Positions 17,123 to 26,376 of a stretch of DNA of 47,522 nt are shown here, piece after piece (within the stretch, counting starts at the first letter, position 1; each line of letters begins with the position of its first letter). A program made the translations under genes and the position numbers. The DNA lies in assembly GCA_021802965.1 (NCBI GenBank), contig JAJZQZ010000002.1, forward strand, positions 1 through 47,522, written 5' to 3'. A model generated the notes under the pieces. The model was not told the DNA's origin and did no database searches. It saw only the letters and a program-made list of their open reading frames with translations. This DNA is from Actinomycetes bacterium (GTDB lineage Bacteria > Actinomycetota > Thermoleophilia > RBG-16-64-13).

Positions 17123-17860
17123 ATGACCCCTGCTGGTGGGCCTCTTCTCACCATGAGTCGCGTCTCCAAGCACTTCGGGGGCCTGCAGGTCATCACAGAC
17201 CTCGATTTCGTCGTGCACGAGCAGGAGACCGTAGGATTGATCGGCCCGAACGGCGCCGGCAAGACCACGGTCTTCAATCTCATCACCTCGATCTACCGGC
17301 CGGATCGCGGCAGCATCACGTTCGACGGGAACGAGATCGACGGTCTGGCCCCTCACAAGATATGCCACCAGGGCATATCCAGGACCTATCAGCTCGTGAG
17401 AGCCTTCCTGAAGATGTCCGTCATGGATAATGTCATGACGGCGGCCGTCTACGGCGGAAAGCATCGGCAGAGCCCCAAGCAGCGGGCCATGGAGGCCGTC
17501 GAGCTGGTCGAGCTGTCGCACAAGCGTGATATCAAGGCGGCGCAGCTGACCCTGTCGGACAGGCGCTTGCTGGAGATAGCCATGGGCCTGGCATCGATGC
17601 CGAAGCTGATCTTGCTGGACGAGCCCATGGCCGGTCTGACAGAGGTCGAGATAAAGCACCTTCTCGGAGTGATCGGGGCCACGCGTGACGAGCGGAGATT
17701 CTCCATCCTGTGGATCGAGCACAGGGTGGACGCGGTCCTAGACTTCTGCGACCGCGTGGGCGTGCTGGACTACGGCGTCAAGATCGCCGACGGCATCCCC
17801 GACGATGTGGCGTCCGACCCGAAAGTGATCGAGGCTTACCTTGGCGAACCCGTTGCTTGA
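17123..17860 (+). CDS. ABC transporter ATP-binding protein, LivG-like
   Basis: Walker A GPNGAGKTT and a LivG-type opening PLLTMSRVSKHFGG. Confidence 0.9.
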   Translation: MTPAGGPLLTMSRVSKHFGGLQVITDLDFVVHEQETVGLIGPNGAGKTTVFNLITSIYRPDRGSITFDGNEIDGLAPHKICHQGISRTYQLVRAFLKMSVMDNVMTAAVYGGKHRQSPKQRAMEAVELVELSHKRDIKAAQLTLSDRRLLEIAMGLASMPKLILLDEPMAGLTEVEIKHLLGVIGATRDERRFSILWIEHRVDAVLDFCDRVGVLDYGVKIADGIPDDVASDPKVIEAYLGEPVA

Positions 17861-18572
17861 GGTCAGACAGCTGAATGTCGCCTACGGCGACGTTCGAGCC
17901 CTGTGGGATGTCTCCCTGGAGGTCGAAGAAGGGTCCATCGTGGCCCTGGTCGGCGCCAACGGGGCGGGGAAGACGACCTTGCTGAAGTCCATCGCCGGCC
18001 TGCTTCGCCCCCTTGGCGGGCAGATCCTCTTCGAGGGCGAGGACCTCGGTCGGCTGAACACGAAGCATCGTGTCGACAAGGGCATCGTCATGGTGCCCGA
18101 AGGACGGCGCCTCTTTCAGACGCTCACCGTCCTCGAGAACCTGAGGCTGGGAGCGTACCTACCGAAGGCGCGGGCCGGCTACGACGACTCCCTCGATCGG
18201 GTGTTCACCCTGTTCCCGAGGCTGCAGGAACGAAAGAACAGCAAGGCCGGCCTGCTGAGCGGGGGCGAGCAGCAGATGCTGGCCATCGGGCGGGCCGTCA
18301 TGGCCGGGCCGAGGCTCGTGATGATCGACGAGGCCTCGCTGGGCCTCAGCCCCATCCTGACCAGGCACATCTTCGAGCTGATCGTCGCCCTCAACGGTCA
18401 AGGAGCCACAGTCCTGCTGGTCGAGCAAAACATCCACATGGCCCTGAAGATATGCAGCAAGGCGTACGTGATGAAGACGGGGCACATCGTGCTCAGCGGC
18501 ACGGGAGAAGAGCTCCTCGCGGACGTCGACGTGCGGAAAGCCTACGTAGGCGAGCGGGGGAGCAGGCTATAG
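17841..18572 (+). CDS. ABC transporter ATP-binding protein, LivF-like
   Basis: Walker A GANGAGKTT, signature LSGGEQQ, Walker B LVMIDE. The TTG start overlaps the previous gene by 20 nt. Confidence 0.88.
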   Translation: MANPLLEVRQLNVAYGDVRALWDVSLEVEEGSIVALVGANGAGKTTLLKSIAGLLRPLGGQILFEGEDLGRLNTKHRVDKGIVMVPEGRRLFQTLTVLENLRLGAYLPKARAGYDDSLDRVFTLFPRLQERKNSKAGLLSGGEQQMLAIGRAVMAGPRLVMIDEASLGLSPILTRHIFELIVALNGQGATVLLVEQNIHMALKICSKAYVMKTGHIVLSGTGEELLADVDVRKAYVGERGSRL

Positions 18573-19453
18573 TGAGTTCGCTGATTCAGGTGGTGATCAA
18601 CGGGATCCTCCTTGGGTCGATGTATGGCATCGCGGCCGTTGGTCTGAGTCTCATCTTCGGTACGATGCGGATCATCTTCATCGCCCAGGGAACGATGATC
18701 GTGCTGTTCGCCTACCTGGTCTACTGGGCGTCTATCAAAGCCGGTGTCGACCCGTATCTTTCGCTGCTGTGGGTGGTGCCGTTCGCGTTCATCCTGGGTT
18801 TGGGGTTGTTCTACGTCTTGTTCCGGAAGGCCGCCGCGCTCGAGGACAGGAACGTCTCGTTACTGCTCGCGGTGGGGCTCATGTACTTGATAGACAACCT
18901 CATCTTGAAGCTTTGGTCGGCCACGCCGCGCGGGCTTGACATCCCGTATTCGGACGCCATGATCGTGGTTTCGGGTATCCGGGTGTCGTGGCTGCGGCTG
19001 GCCCTTCTGGGGCTCGGGTTGGGGTCCGCGCTGGTTGTCTACCTGTTTCTCAAGAGGACCCGGGTGGGGACCGCCGTGAGGGCCGCCTCCGAGGACATGG
19101 AGGCGACGACCATCCAGGGGATCAACTCCGTCTGGGTCTGCGCGATCAGCTTCGCCATCGGCATCGCCATGGCCGGGGTGGCCGGCGTCGGCATGGCCAC
19201 GGTCTACTCGTTCGACTATCAGTTCGGGTTCGTCTTCGCCATCAAGGCTCTCGTCGCGCTCGCCCTCGGGGGCATAGGCAACGTCTTCGGCGCCCTGGCC
19301 GGGGGTCTCATTCTGGGCATCATCGAGAACCTCGCGGCGTACTACGTCGGCATCGAGTGGATCGAGGTGGCCTCCTACGGGATCTTCATGCTGGTACTGA
19401 TCTTCTTGCCTCAGGGCTTGTTCGGTAGGCGGGGGCTGGTCAAGAAGGTCTGA
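18572..19453 (+). CDS. Branched-chain-amino-acid-type ABC permease, LivH-like
   Basis: The GTG overlaps the LivF stop (TAGTG). It opens with the hydrophobic segment VSSLIQVVINGILLGSMYGIAAVGLSLIFG. The upstream part of track ORF 17903-19453 is out-of-frame overlap. Confidence 0.85.
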   Translation: MSSLIQVVINGILLGSMYGIAAVGLSLIFGTMRIIFIAQGTMIVLFAYLVYWASIKAGVDPYLSLLWVVPFAFILGLGLFYVLFRKAAALEDRNVSLLLAVGLMYLIDNLILKLWSATPRGLDIPYSDAMIVVSGIRVSWLRLALLGLGLGSALVVYLFLKRTRVGTAVRAASEDMEATTIQGINSVWVCAISFAIGIAMAGVAGVGMATVYSFDYQFGFVFAIKALVALALGGIGNVFGALAGGLILGIIENLAAYYVGIEWIEVASYGIFMLVLIFLPQGLFGRRGLVKKV

Positions 19454-19496
19454 CCGCGACGGCGATCAAGAGGATCGCTACGGACATGAGACTACT

Positions 19497-20498
19497 ATGG
19501 ACTGGAGAGGTTTGAACAAGCGGAGGATAGTCTCGCTGGTACTAGGGGCTTTGGCGGTGGTGTTCTTCGCGACTCTGCCTTTCTACTACGATGTCCACAA
19601 CGGGCAGTTCGGCGTCTTCTTCTTCAACGTCTTCGTGTACGTCATCGTCGCGCAGGGCTGGAACCTCGTGGGCGGATACACGGGCCAGATCAGCCTGGGC
19701 CAGAACGCCTTCTTCGGCGTCGGCGCGTACACCATGGCGTTGCTCTGGTTCAACAACGTGACCCACACCGGCTATTACTTCGACCCGGTCCTGATGATCG
19801 CGGCCGCGATCGCGCCGGCGATCCTCGCGGTGCTGGTCGGACTGCCCTTGCTCTCCCGCCTGCGGGGCGACTACTTCTCGTTCGGCACTCTGGGGATGGG
19901 GATGATCGTCACCGTTTTGTTCATCAACGGGGGGATGTTCACCGGTGGCGCGGAGGGCCGGATGCTGGTCCCTAAGATGCCCAAGGACGTCGTGTTCAAC
20001 CTGCGCACGCACTACTGGGTCTCTCTGCTGGTGGCCGTCATATGCACCCTGGTGGTCTACTTCATGACGACCTCGCGGGTGGGACTTGCTCTCAAGGCCA
20101 TCCGCGAAGACGAGGTCTCGGCGGCGTCGCACGGCGTCAACGTGCTCAAGTACAAGGTGCTCGCATTCGCGGTGGGGGCGGCCATGGCCGGGGTGGCGGG
20201 CAGCATCTACGGCTACTACCTCCTGCAGGTGACGCCGTCGAACGTCCTGACTCAGAACTGGCTGTTCTTGCCGATCCTCATGGTGGTGCTGGGGGGGACC
20301 GGGACCATCATCGGCCCCTGGGTGGGCGCGTTCCTGATCTATCTCATGTCCTGGTACGGAGATTCGTACTTCACGGGCTACAGCCCGGTGATCTCGGGGG
20401 TCGTCATCATACTGGTGATGCTGTTCCTGCCGGGCGGGCTCGTCGGCCTCGCCCAGCGGGTGCCGGGCCTGGGGCGAGGGGGCGGCAGCTCCGGGTAA
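19497..20498 (+). CDS. Branched-chain-amino-acid-type ABC permease, LivM-like
   Basis: Multi-TM protein carrying GWNLVGGYTGQISLGQNAFFGVGAY, typical of LivM. Confidence 0.85.
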   Translation: MDWRGLNKRRIVSLVLGALAVVFFATLPFYYDVHNGQFGVFFFNVFVYVIVAQGWNLVGGYTGQISLGQNAFFGVGAYTMALLWFNNVTHTGYYFDPVLMIAAAIAPAILAVLVGLPLLSRLRGDYFSFGTLGMGMIVTVLFINGGMFTGGAEGRMLVPKMPKDVVFNLRTHYWVSLLVAVICTLVVYFMTTSRVGLALKAIREDEVSAASHGVNVLKYKVLAFAVGAAMAGVAGSIYGYYLLQVTPSNVLTQNWLFLPILMVVLGGTGTIIGPWVGAFLIYLMSWYGDSYFTGYSPVISGVVIILVMLFLPGGLVGLAQRVPGLGRGGGSSG

Positions 20499-20531
20499 GC
20501 GCCGGGCGCGCACGAGCGAAAGGGGGGCATC

Positions 20532-21005
20532 GTGGACGATGTCGTTGCGGGACGGCCGGTCTTCTCCAACCTGCACCACGTGGGCGTGGTCGTCAGGGAC
20601 ATCGACAAGGCCATAGCCCACTTCGAGGCGCTGGGCTTCGGCCCCTTCCAGTTCGATGAAGGCGTACGCGTGTTCGCCATCGACTTCGACGGCGAACTGC
20701 ACGGCGAGCCGGCGCGATGGACGGTCAAGATCAGCAACGGCAAGATGGGCGACGTCGATCTCGAGCTGCTCGAACCGGGCCCTCAGCCTTCAGCGCTGCG
20801 CGAGACCCTCGAGTCCACGGGGGAGGGCATGCATCACATCGGCTTCCTCACCGACGACTTCGAGGACGACGTGGCGGCCATGCTGGCCCAGGGCGCCAAG
20901 ATATGGACCATGTCCAAGCGGGACGACGCCCCCAGCTTCCTGTTCTTCGAAGCGGCCGAGGTGGGCGGAACGGCCATCGAGCTCCGCACCGCCGGCCCAG
21001 GCTGA
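20532..21005 (+). CDS. VOC-family protein (glyoxalase / methylmalonyl-CoA-epimerase-like)
   Basis: Contains LHHVGVVVRDIDKAIAHFEALGF and MHHIGF. GTG start after AAGGGGGG. Confidence 0.75.
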   Translation: MDDVVAGRPVFSNLHHVGVVVRDIDKAIAHFEALGFGPFQFDEGVRVFAIDFDGELHGEPARWTVKISNGKMGDVDLELLEPGPQPSALRETLESTGEGMHHIGFLTDDFEDDVAAMLAQGAKIWTMSKRDDAPSFLFFEAAEVGGTAIELRTAGPG

Positions 21006-21066
21006 GCGCGCACGCTGTGCGTGGGCGGATGCCGATCCACGCGATGTCGAAGAGGAGAATAGGCGG

Positions 21067-22086
21067 ATGAGAGCAGGAGTCCAGTACGGGCCGCGGGACG
21101 TGCGCGTCGAAGACGTGCCCGAGCCGCCCACCGGCCCTGACGAGATCAAGGTCAAGATCGCGTACTGCGGGGTCTGCGGCACCGACCCCGAGATCTACGA
21201 GGGCGACTTCGGCCTCATGAAGACCGAAGGGTGGCCGAAGGGCCCCAAGATCGAGGGACACGAGGCCTCCGGTATGATCGTCGAGCTGGGGAGCGCGGTC
21301 CAGCAGGGCTATGCGGTCGGCCAGCGGGTGGCCATGAACTTCCGCTCGTCGTGCGGGGCCTGCTACTACTGCCGCAACCGCATGGAGCACTTCTGCGAGC
21401 ACGTCTCCATCGCCTCCGGCGCCTTCGCGGAGTACGCGGTCTACAAGGAGAGCTGCATCTACGCCCTCCCCGACCACGTGAGCATGGAAGAGGGAGCCCT
21501 TCTCGAGCCGGTGAGCGTGGCGGTGCACGCGACCGACCTTGCCGACATCCAGCCGGGCCGGTCGGTGGCCATCCTTGGCGCCGGCACCATCGGCCTGCTC
21601 ATGGTGCAGCTCGCTCTGCGGGCCGGCGCCGCGCGCGTCTTGGTCTCCGAGCCCGTGGCCGAGAAGCGGGCGCTGGCGCTGTCCTTTGGCGCCGACGTGG
21701 CCGTGGACCCGCGAACCGAGGATGTGCTCGCCGCGGGCCTCGAGCTGACCGACGGCCGGGGGTTCGGCACCGTGATCGAGGCCAGCGGTAGCCTTGGGGT
21801 GGCTCAGCAGGCCGTGGGCATGGCCGACAAGTGCGGGACCGTGCTCTGGATGGCGGTGTACCCCGACGAAGCGACCATCCCCATCAACCCGTTCCACCTC
21901 TATGCGAACGAGCTGACCATCCGCTCCGTCAACGTCTCGCCGTATGCGTTCCCGCGGTCGGTGCAGCTCCTGCCGAAGCTCCAGCTGCAGCCTCTCATCA
22001 CCGAGATCCGCCCTCTTGCCGAACTGCCCAAGGTGCTGGCGACGTTCCGCAAGAGCGGCAGCATCAAGACTTTGATACGCCCGTGA
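21067..22086 (+). CDS. Zn-dependent alcohol/polyol dehydrogenase (MDR family, threonine/sorbitol-DH-like)
   Basis: Contains CGVCGTDPEIY, GHEASG, the structural Zn cluster CGACYYCRNRMEHFC and the Rossmann segment ILGAGTIG. Confidence 0.9.
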   Translation: MRAGVQYGPRDVRVEDVPEPPTGPDEIKVKIAYCGVCGTDPEIYEGDFGLMKTEGWPKGPKIEGHEASGMIVELGSAVQQGYAVGQRVAMNFRSSCGACYYCRNRMEHFCEHVSIASGAFAEYAVYKESCIYALPDHVSMEEGALLEPVSVAVHATDLADIQPGRSVAILGAGTIGLLMVQLALRAGAARVLVSEPVAEKRALALSFGADVAVDPRTEDVLAAGLELTDGRGFGTVIEASGSLGVAQQAVGMADKCGTVLWMAVYPDEATIPINPFHLYANELTIRSVNVSPYAFPRSVQLLPKLQLQPLITEIRPLAELPKVLATFRKSGSIKTLIRP

Positions 22087-22141
22087 CGATCAACCGGAAC
22101 CAGAGGGAGTCGGCCATGCGACCGAGCGAGCGAGAAGAGCC

Positions 22142-22345
22142 ATGAGCGAGAAGATCAACTGCGGCCATTGCGGCATGATGCTGTACCACGGCGAGGAGAT
22201 CGCCCGCCGCCTGTACATGCGGGCCATCCCGTCGGAGGAGACGGTGCTGGGCTTCTACGGCAACGCGTGCCCGCGGTGCAAGGGCGCGCTGTCCTTGGAG
22301 ACGGTCAAGGTGGAGATCAAGGGACGGCGTACCCATGCACGATGA
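22142..22345 (+). CDS. Small (67 aa) Zn-ribbon protein of unknown function
   Basis: Contains CGHC ... CPRC. GC3 is very high across all 67 codons. The 3' end overlaps the transketolase N-subunit start by 11 nt. Confidence 0.6.
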   Translation: MSEKINCGHCGMMLYHGEEIARRLYMRAIPSEETVLGFYGNACPRCKGALSLETVKVEIKGRRTHAR

Positions 22346-23231
22346 GCAGCTGATACAGGAGCTCCACACCAAGGCGAACCGGCTGCGCAACCACTGCTTC
22401 ACGCAGTTCTGCACCTTCGAGCAGGGGCACGCCGGCGGCACCATGTCGGTGGTCGATATCGTGGCCGCGCTGTACCTGCACCACATCAAGTTCGACCCGC
22501 AGAACGTCGACTGGCCCGAGCGTGATCGGGTCATCATGTCGAAGGCCCACTGCTGCGAGGCCATCTACGCGGCCCTGGTGGAGCTGGGCGTCTACCCCGA
22601 GGAGACCCTGGGCACGTACTACTGCTACGGCTCGCCCTTCCAGGGTCACGCCGACCGCTGGTGCACCCCGGGCATCGACTACTCGGGTGGCTCGCTGGGG
22701 CAGGGCCTCTCCTTCGCGGCCGGCCTGGCCCTGGCCGAGAAGCTTAAGATGCAGTTGGAGCCCCCCGCGCGCGGCGAGACCTTCTTGCCCCGTTACATCC
22801 TGCGCTACGCGCCCACATACCGCACCTACTGCATCGTCGGCGACGGCGAGCTGCACGAGGGACAGATCTGGGAAGCGGCCATGTTCGCCCACAAGTTCAA
22901 GCTCGACAACCTCGTCTGCATCGTCGACTACAACAAGTGGTCGCTCGACGGCCCCACCAACGACGTCATGCCCATCGAGCCTCTGGTGGACAAGTGGAAG
23001 TCCTTCGGCTGGTGGGTCAAGGAGATCGACGGCCACGACATGCGCCAGATCGTCGACTCCCTCGACATGGCCGACCGGCTCTACGGCGACAATCAGCCCA
23101 AGTGCATCATCGCGCACACGGTCAAGGGGTTCGGCGTGTCCAACTGGGAGTCGCTGCACATGCACTTGGGCCGCGGCGAAGAGATGATGAAGGGCGTCAG
23201 GGAGGGACGGGAGAAGTATGGCGACCTATAA
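22335..23231 (+). CDS. Transketolase, N-terminal (TPP-binding) subunit of a split enzyme
   Basis: Contains GHAGGTMSVVDIVAALY and GDGELHEGQIWEA. 298 aa. Confidence 0.9.
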   Translation: MHDEQLIQELHTKANRLRNHCFTQFCTFEQGHAGGTMSVVDIVAALYLHHIKFDPQNVDWPERDRVIMSKAHCCEAIYAALVELGVYPEETLGTYYCYGSPFQGHADRWCTPGIDYSGGSLGQGLSFAAGLALAEKLKMQLEPPARGETFLPRYILRYAPTYRTYCIVGDGELHEGQIWEAAMFAHKFKLDNLVCIVDYNKWSLDGPTNDVMPIEPLVDKWKSFGWWVKEIDGHDMRQIVDSLDMADRLYGDNQPKCIIAHTVKGFGVSNWESLHMHLGRGEEMMKGVREGREKYGDL

Positions 23232-24207
23232 CGAGCACATCCAGATAGGCGAGCCCGCCCTCATCAACAAGGGCATCGAGAAAGCCATCACGGCGGCTGC
23301 CAAGGCCAACCCGCGCATCCTGGCCATCCTCGAGGACATGGGCTTTCCCGGCATCGAGTGGTGGACCACCACCATCCCCGAGCGCATGATCGAGTGCGGC
23401 ATCGCCGAGCAGAACGGCGCGGTGGTGGCCGGGGCCCTGGCCTCCGAGGGCTTCATCCCCATCATCAACAACTTCCTGTTCGCGAACGTGGGGCGGGCCT
23501 TCAACCAGGTGCGCCAGAGCATCCTGGTCGACCGCTTCAACGTGAAGTTCATCGGGCGCGAAGGCGCCTGGGGCGAGGTCGGGGTCTCGCACAATACCAT
23601 CGAGGGGCTGGCCAGCAGCCGTACGCTGCCCAACCTGGTCATCCTGAACCCCGCCGACGTAGTCGAGGCGGAGAAGGCCGCCGAGGCCATGCTGCAGTAC
23701 ATCGGGCCGGTGCTGCTGCGCCAGGAGTCGTCGCCCACCCCGTTGCGCATCTTCCGGGACGACTACCCCTTCGACATCGGCAAGGCCTACACGGTCAAGG
23801 AAGGCGCCGACGCCACCATCATCGCCACGGGGTACATGCTCACTGAGGCGATCCGGGCGGTGGAGCTCTTCGAGGCTCAGGGTCTGGATGTGGCCATCGT
23901 CAACATGTGCACGATCAAGCCGCTGGACGAAGAAGCCATCATCGCGGCCGCCCGGAAGACCGGCGCCATCGTGACGGCCGAGAACGGCACCATCGTCGGC
24001 GGGTTGGGCGACGGCGTCGCCTCCGTCCTGGCCGAGAACTACCCGGTGCCGATGGTGAAGGTGGGCGTCGAGGACGAGTTCAGCCAGTCCGGCCTCATCA
24101 CCCCCGAGCGCGACGAGCTCATGGAGCACTTCGGCCTCGCGGCCGAGGACCTGGTGGTGGCGGTGCAGGATTGCGTCGCCAAGAAGGAGCGATTGCGCAG
24201 GGTCTGA
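23218..24207 (+). CDS. Transketolase, C-terminal (pyrimidine-binding plus C-terminal domain) subunit
   Basis: Contains ECGIAEQNGAVVAGALA and overlaps the N-subunit gene by 14 nt. Confidence 0.9.
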   Translation: MATYNEHIQIGEPALINKGIEKAITAAAKANPRILAILEDMGFPGIEWWTTTIPERMIECGIAEQNGAVVAGALASEGFIPIINNFLFANVGRAFNQVRQSILVDRFNVKFIGREGAWGEVGVSHNTIEGLASSRTLPNLVILNPADVVEAEKAAEAMLQYIGPVLLRQESSPTPLRIFRDDYPFDIGKAYTVKEGADATIIATGYMLTEAIRAVELFEAQGLDVAIVNMCTIKPLDEEAIIAAARKTGAIVTAENGTIVGGLGDGVASVLAENYPVPMVKVGVEDEFSQSGLITPERDELMEHFGLAAEDLVVAVQDCVAKKERLRRV

Positions 24208-24278
24208 CGCGGGTAGGCCCGCGGGTGATAGGGATAGACGAGACAGGCTGCTTCAGGACTCACGAGGAGGGCTGAGAC

Positions 24279-24917
24279 ATGTTGGTCGCCACCTGGATGA
24301 CGGCGGACCCGGTGACGGTGACTCCGCACGCGCGGCTCAAAGAGGCCGAGGACCTCATGACGAAGCATGAATTCCGGCATCTGCCGGTCGTCGACCAGGG
24401 GAAGCTGGTCGGGATCCTCACCATGAACGACGTGCGCAAGGCCAGCCCTTCGCCGGCCACCACTCTCTCCAGGGGAGAGGTCAACTACCTGCTCGACCAG
24501 ATCGTCGTCAGCGACGTCATGACACGTGACCCGATCACGGTCGGCGCGGACACCCCCGTGGAGGACGCCGCGCTCCTCGCCTACCGGCACAAGATCGGGG
24601 CGCTCCCGGTCGTGCAAGAAGGCCGGCTGGTCGGCATCATCACTCAGAGCGATCTGTTCGACATCATGATGAGCATCTTCCAGGCGGGAGAGGGCAACCG
24701 GCGCATAAGCATCGAGGGTATGCCCCGCGAGTTGGGTTCTTTCCGCAAGGTGGTCGACATCCTCGACGAGTATCGGACGCCCTTCAGCAGCATCCTGGTC
24801 TTTCCGCAGCGCGACTCCGGCCTCTACACCTACTTCGTCCGTGTCCCCGACCGCCAGCTGCCCGAGATCATCGAGGCGCTGAAGGTGGCGGGGATGCCGG
24901 CGACACACGTGTCGTAA
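24279..24917 (+). CDS. CBS-pair protein with a C-terminal ACT-like domain (AcuB-like)
   Basis: Two CBS repeats (MTADPVTVTP...HLPVVDQGKLVGILT and MTRDPITVGA...ALPVVQEGRLVGIIT) followed by a tail of about 70 aa. RBS GAGGAGGG. Confidence 0.7.
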   Translation: MLVATWMTADPVTVTPHARLKEAEDLMTKHEFRHLPVVDQGKLVGILTMNDVRKASPSPATTLSRGEVNYLLDQIVVSDVMTRDPITVGADTPVEDAALLAYRHKIGALPVVQEGRLVGIITQSDLFDIMMSIFQAGEGNRRISIEGMPRELGSFRKVVDILDEYRTPFSSILVFPQRDSGLYTYFVRVPDRQLPEIIEALKVAGMPATHVS

Positions 24918-26376
24918 CCCGGCCTCTTGCGTGGGCGGGCAGGTACGAGCGCGCGCTGCCCGCCCGCCCGCACCCGACGGCCACACCGATCTGATACGCG
25001 ACGTGTTCCGCCATGAAGAAGCCCAGGAAGACGGGGTAGCTCAGCCGCGGACGGCGGATCCAGTAATCGATGGCCGACACGTAGACCAGGGCGACGGCTG
25101 CGAAGAGCCACACCCCGTGGACGAGTAGGCCGATGCCGGCCAGAACCACCAGGTAGTACCTGACCAGGTGGAAGAGCACGAAGTGCAGCATCGACAGGTG
25201 CCCGCGGGCGACGGCGAACCACACCCGGCGTGTAGGCACGTGCACTCCCGCGCGTCTTAGGCGCATGCTGCGCCGCATCCCCTCCCACAGAGGCGGGCCC
25301 AGGGTGGCGAGCAGCAGCCACGGCTGGAGCAGGATCAGGGCCGCCGACAGCGCGATGACGCTGGCCAGCGGAGCGAAGGCCATCGGGAAGCGCTTCCGCT
25401 TATCCGGATGCAGGCTGTGCAGTGGAGCCTCCGACGTGCCGTACTCCGCCCGCCGGCGGAGCATCGCGCTCAGACGAGCGCGATGCTTGTGGCGCACGGT
25501 CCCGGCCGCCGCGTATATCAGGTACCCACCGGCCGCGCGCAATCTCCAGCACAGGTCGACGTCTTCGCCCACGCGCAGTTCCTCACGCAGCCCTCCGAGG
25601 GCGAGATACGCGGTGCGGCGCACGAGCAGGTTGCATGTGGGCACGTAGAACGTATCTGTCCCGGCGGCGGCCAGCAGGACGTGCCCGCCCATGTCGAGGG
25701 GCGATGCGACCTGCTCGTAGCGGTCGAGGCGCGACCGGTCGTAGTATCCGGCGACCCGCCCGCCGACCGCGACGGCGGCCTGCCAGGCGAAGTAGGGCAC
25801 GAGGTCGCGCAGCCAACCTTGCTCGGCCACGCAGTCGCTGTCGATGAAGGCGAGGATCTCGCCCCCGGCCTCCCGCGCCGCCCGGTTGCGGGAGTAGGAC
25901 TGGCCCTGGTTGCCCTCGTTGGCGAGGAAGCGGGCTCCATAGCGGGCGGCGACGCTCTCCGTGACGTCGGGCCGCTCGGAACCGTCGTCCACCACGATGA
26001 CCTCGAGGAGGTCCGGAGGATAGTCGAGCAAGGCGAGCGCCCCGAGGCAGTCGGCCAGATCGTCCGGGCGGTCCTTCGTGGGGATGACGACCGACACGCG
26101 CGGCGCCCAGGCCGGATCGGCCTGGGCGCCGACGACCTCCAGGATGCCCCGGCTGCGAAAGCGTTCGCAGAGGCGCAGCACGCGTTCCTCGTCGGTACCG
26201 ACGGCGGTCGCCAATCGGGTCACGGTCGCGCCTTGACGGGCGGCCTCGAGCATCCGGACGGCGCCCGCGTTGACGCTCATGACGCTGAGGGGGAGGGAGC
26301 AGACCACCCGCTGTTTTCCCTCGGCAGTGGTATCGAAGGCCACGCCGGCCCGCAGCCTGTAGGACAGAGGGATCAC
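24868..26376 (-). CDS. mftF: Mycofactocin-system-type GT2 glycosyltransferase with a C-terminal membrane region
   Basis: GTG 26376 overlaps the fixA stop (GTGA). The GT2 core is VSVVIPTKDRPDDL...VIVVDDGS...FIDSDC, followed by 4-5 predicted TM helices. It is the last gene of the mftABC-containing operon. The 277 N-terminal codons of track ORF 24868-27207 are a spurious overlap with fixA. Confidence 0.72.
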   Translation of the reverse strand: MIPLSYRLRAGVAFDTTAEGKQRVVCSLPLSVMSVNAGAVRMLEAARQGATVTRLATAVGTDEERVLRLCERFRSRGILEVVGAQADPAWAPRVSVVIPTKDRPDDLADCLGALALLDYPPDLLEVIVVDDGSERPDVTESVAARYGARFLANEGNQGQSYSRNRAAREAGGEILAFIDSDCVAEQGWLRDLVPYFAWQAAVAVGGRVAGYYDRSRLDRYEQVASPLDMGGHVLLAAAGTDTFYVPTCNLLVRRTAYLALGGLREELRVGEDVDLCWRLRAAGGYLIYAAAGTVRHKHRARLSAMLRRRAEYGTSEAPLHSLHPDKRKRFPMAFAPLASVIALSAALILLQPWLLLATLGPPLWEGMRRSMRLRRAGVHVPTRRVWFAVARGHLSMLHFVLFHLVRYYLVVLAGIGLLVHGVWLFAAVALVYVSAIDYWIRRPRLSYPVFLGFFMAEHVAYQIGVAVGCGRAGSARSYLPAHARGRVTTRVSPASPPPSAPR

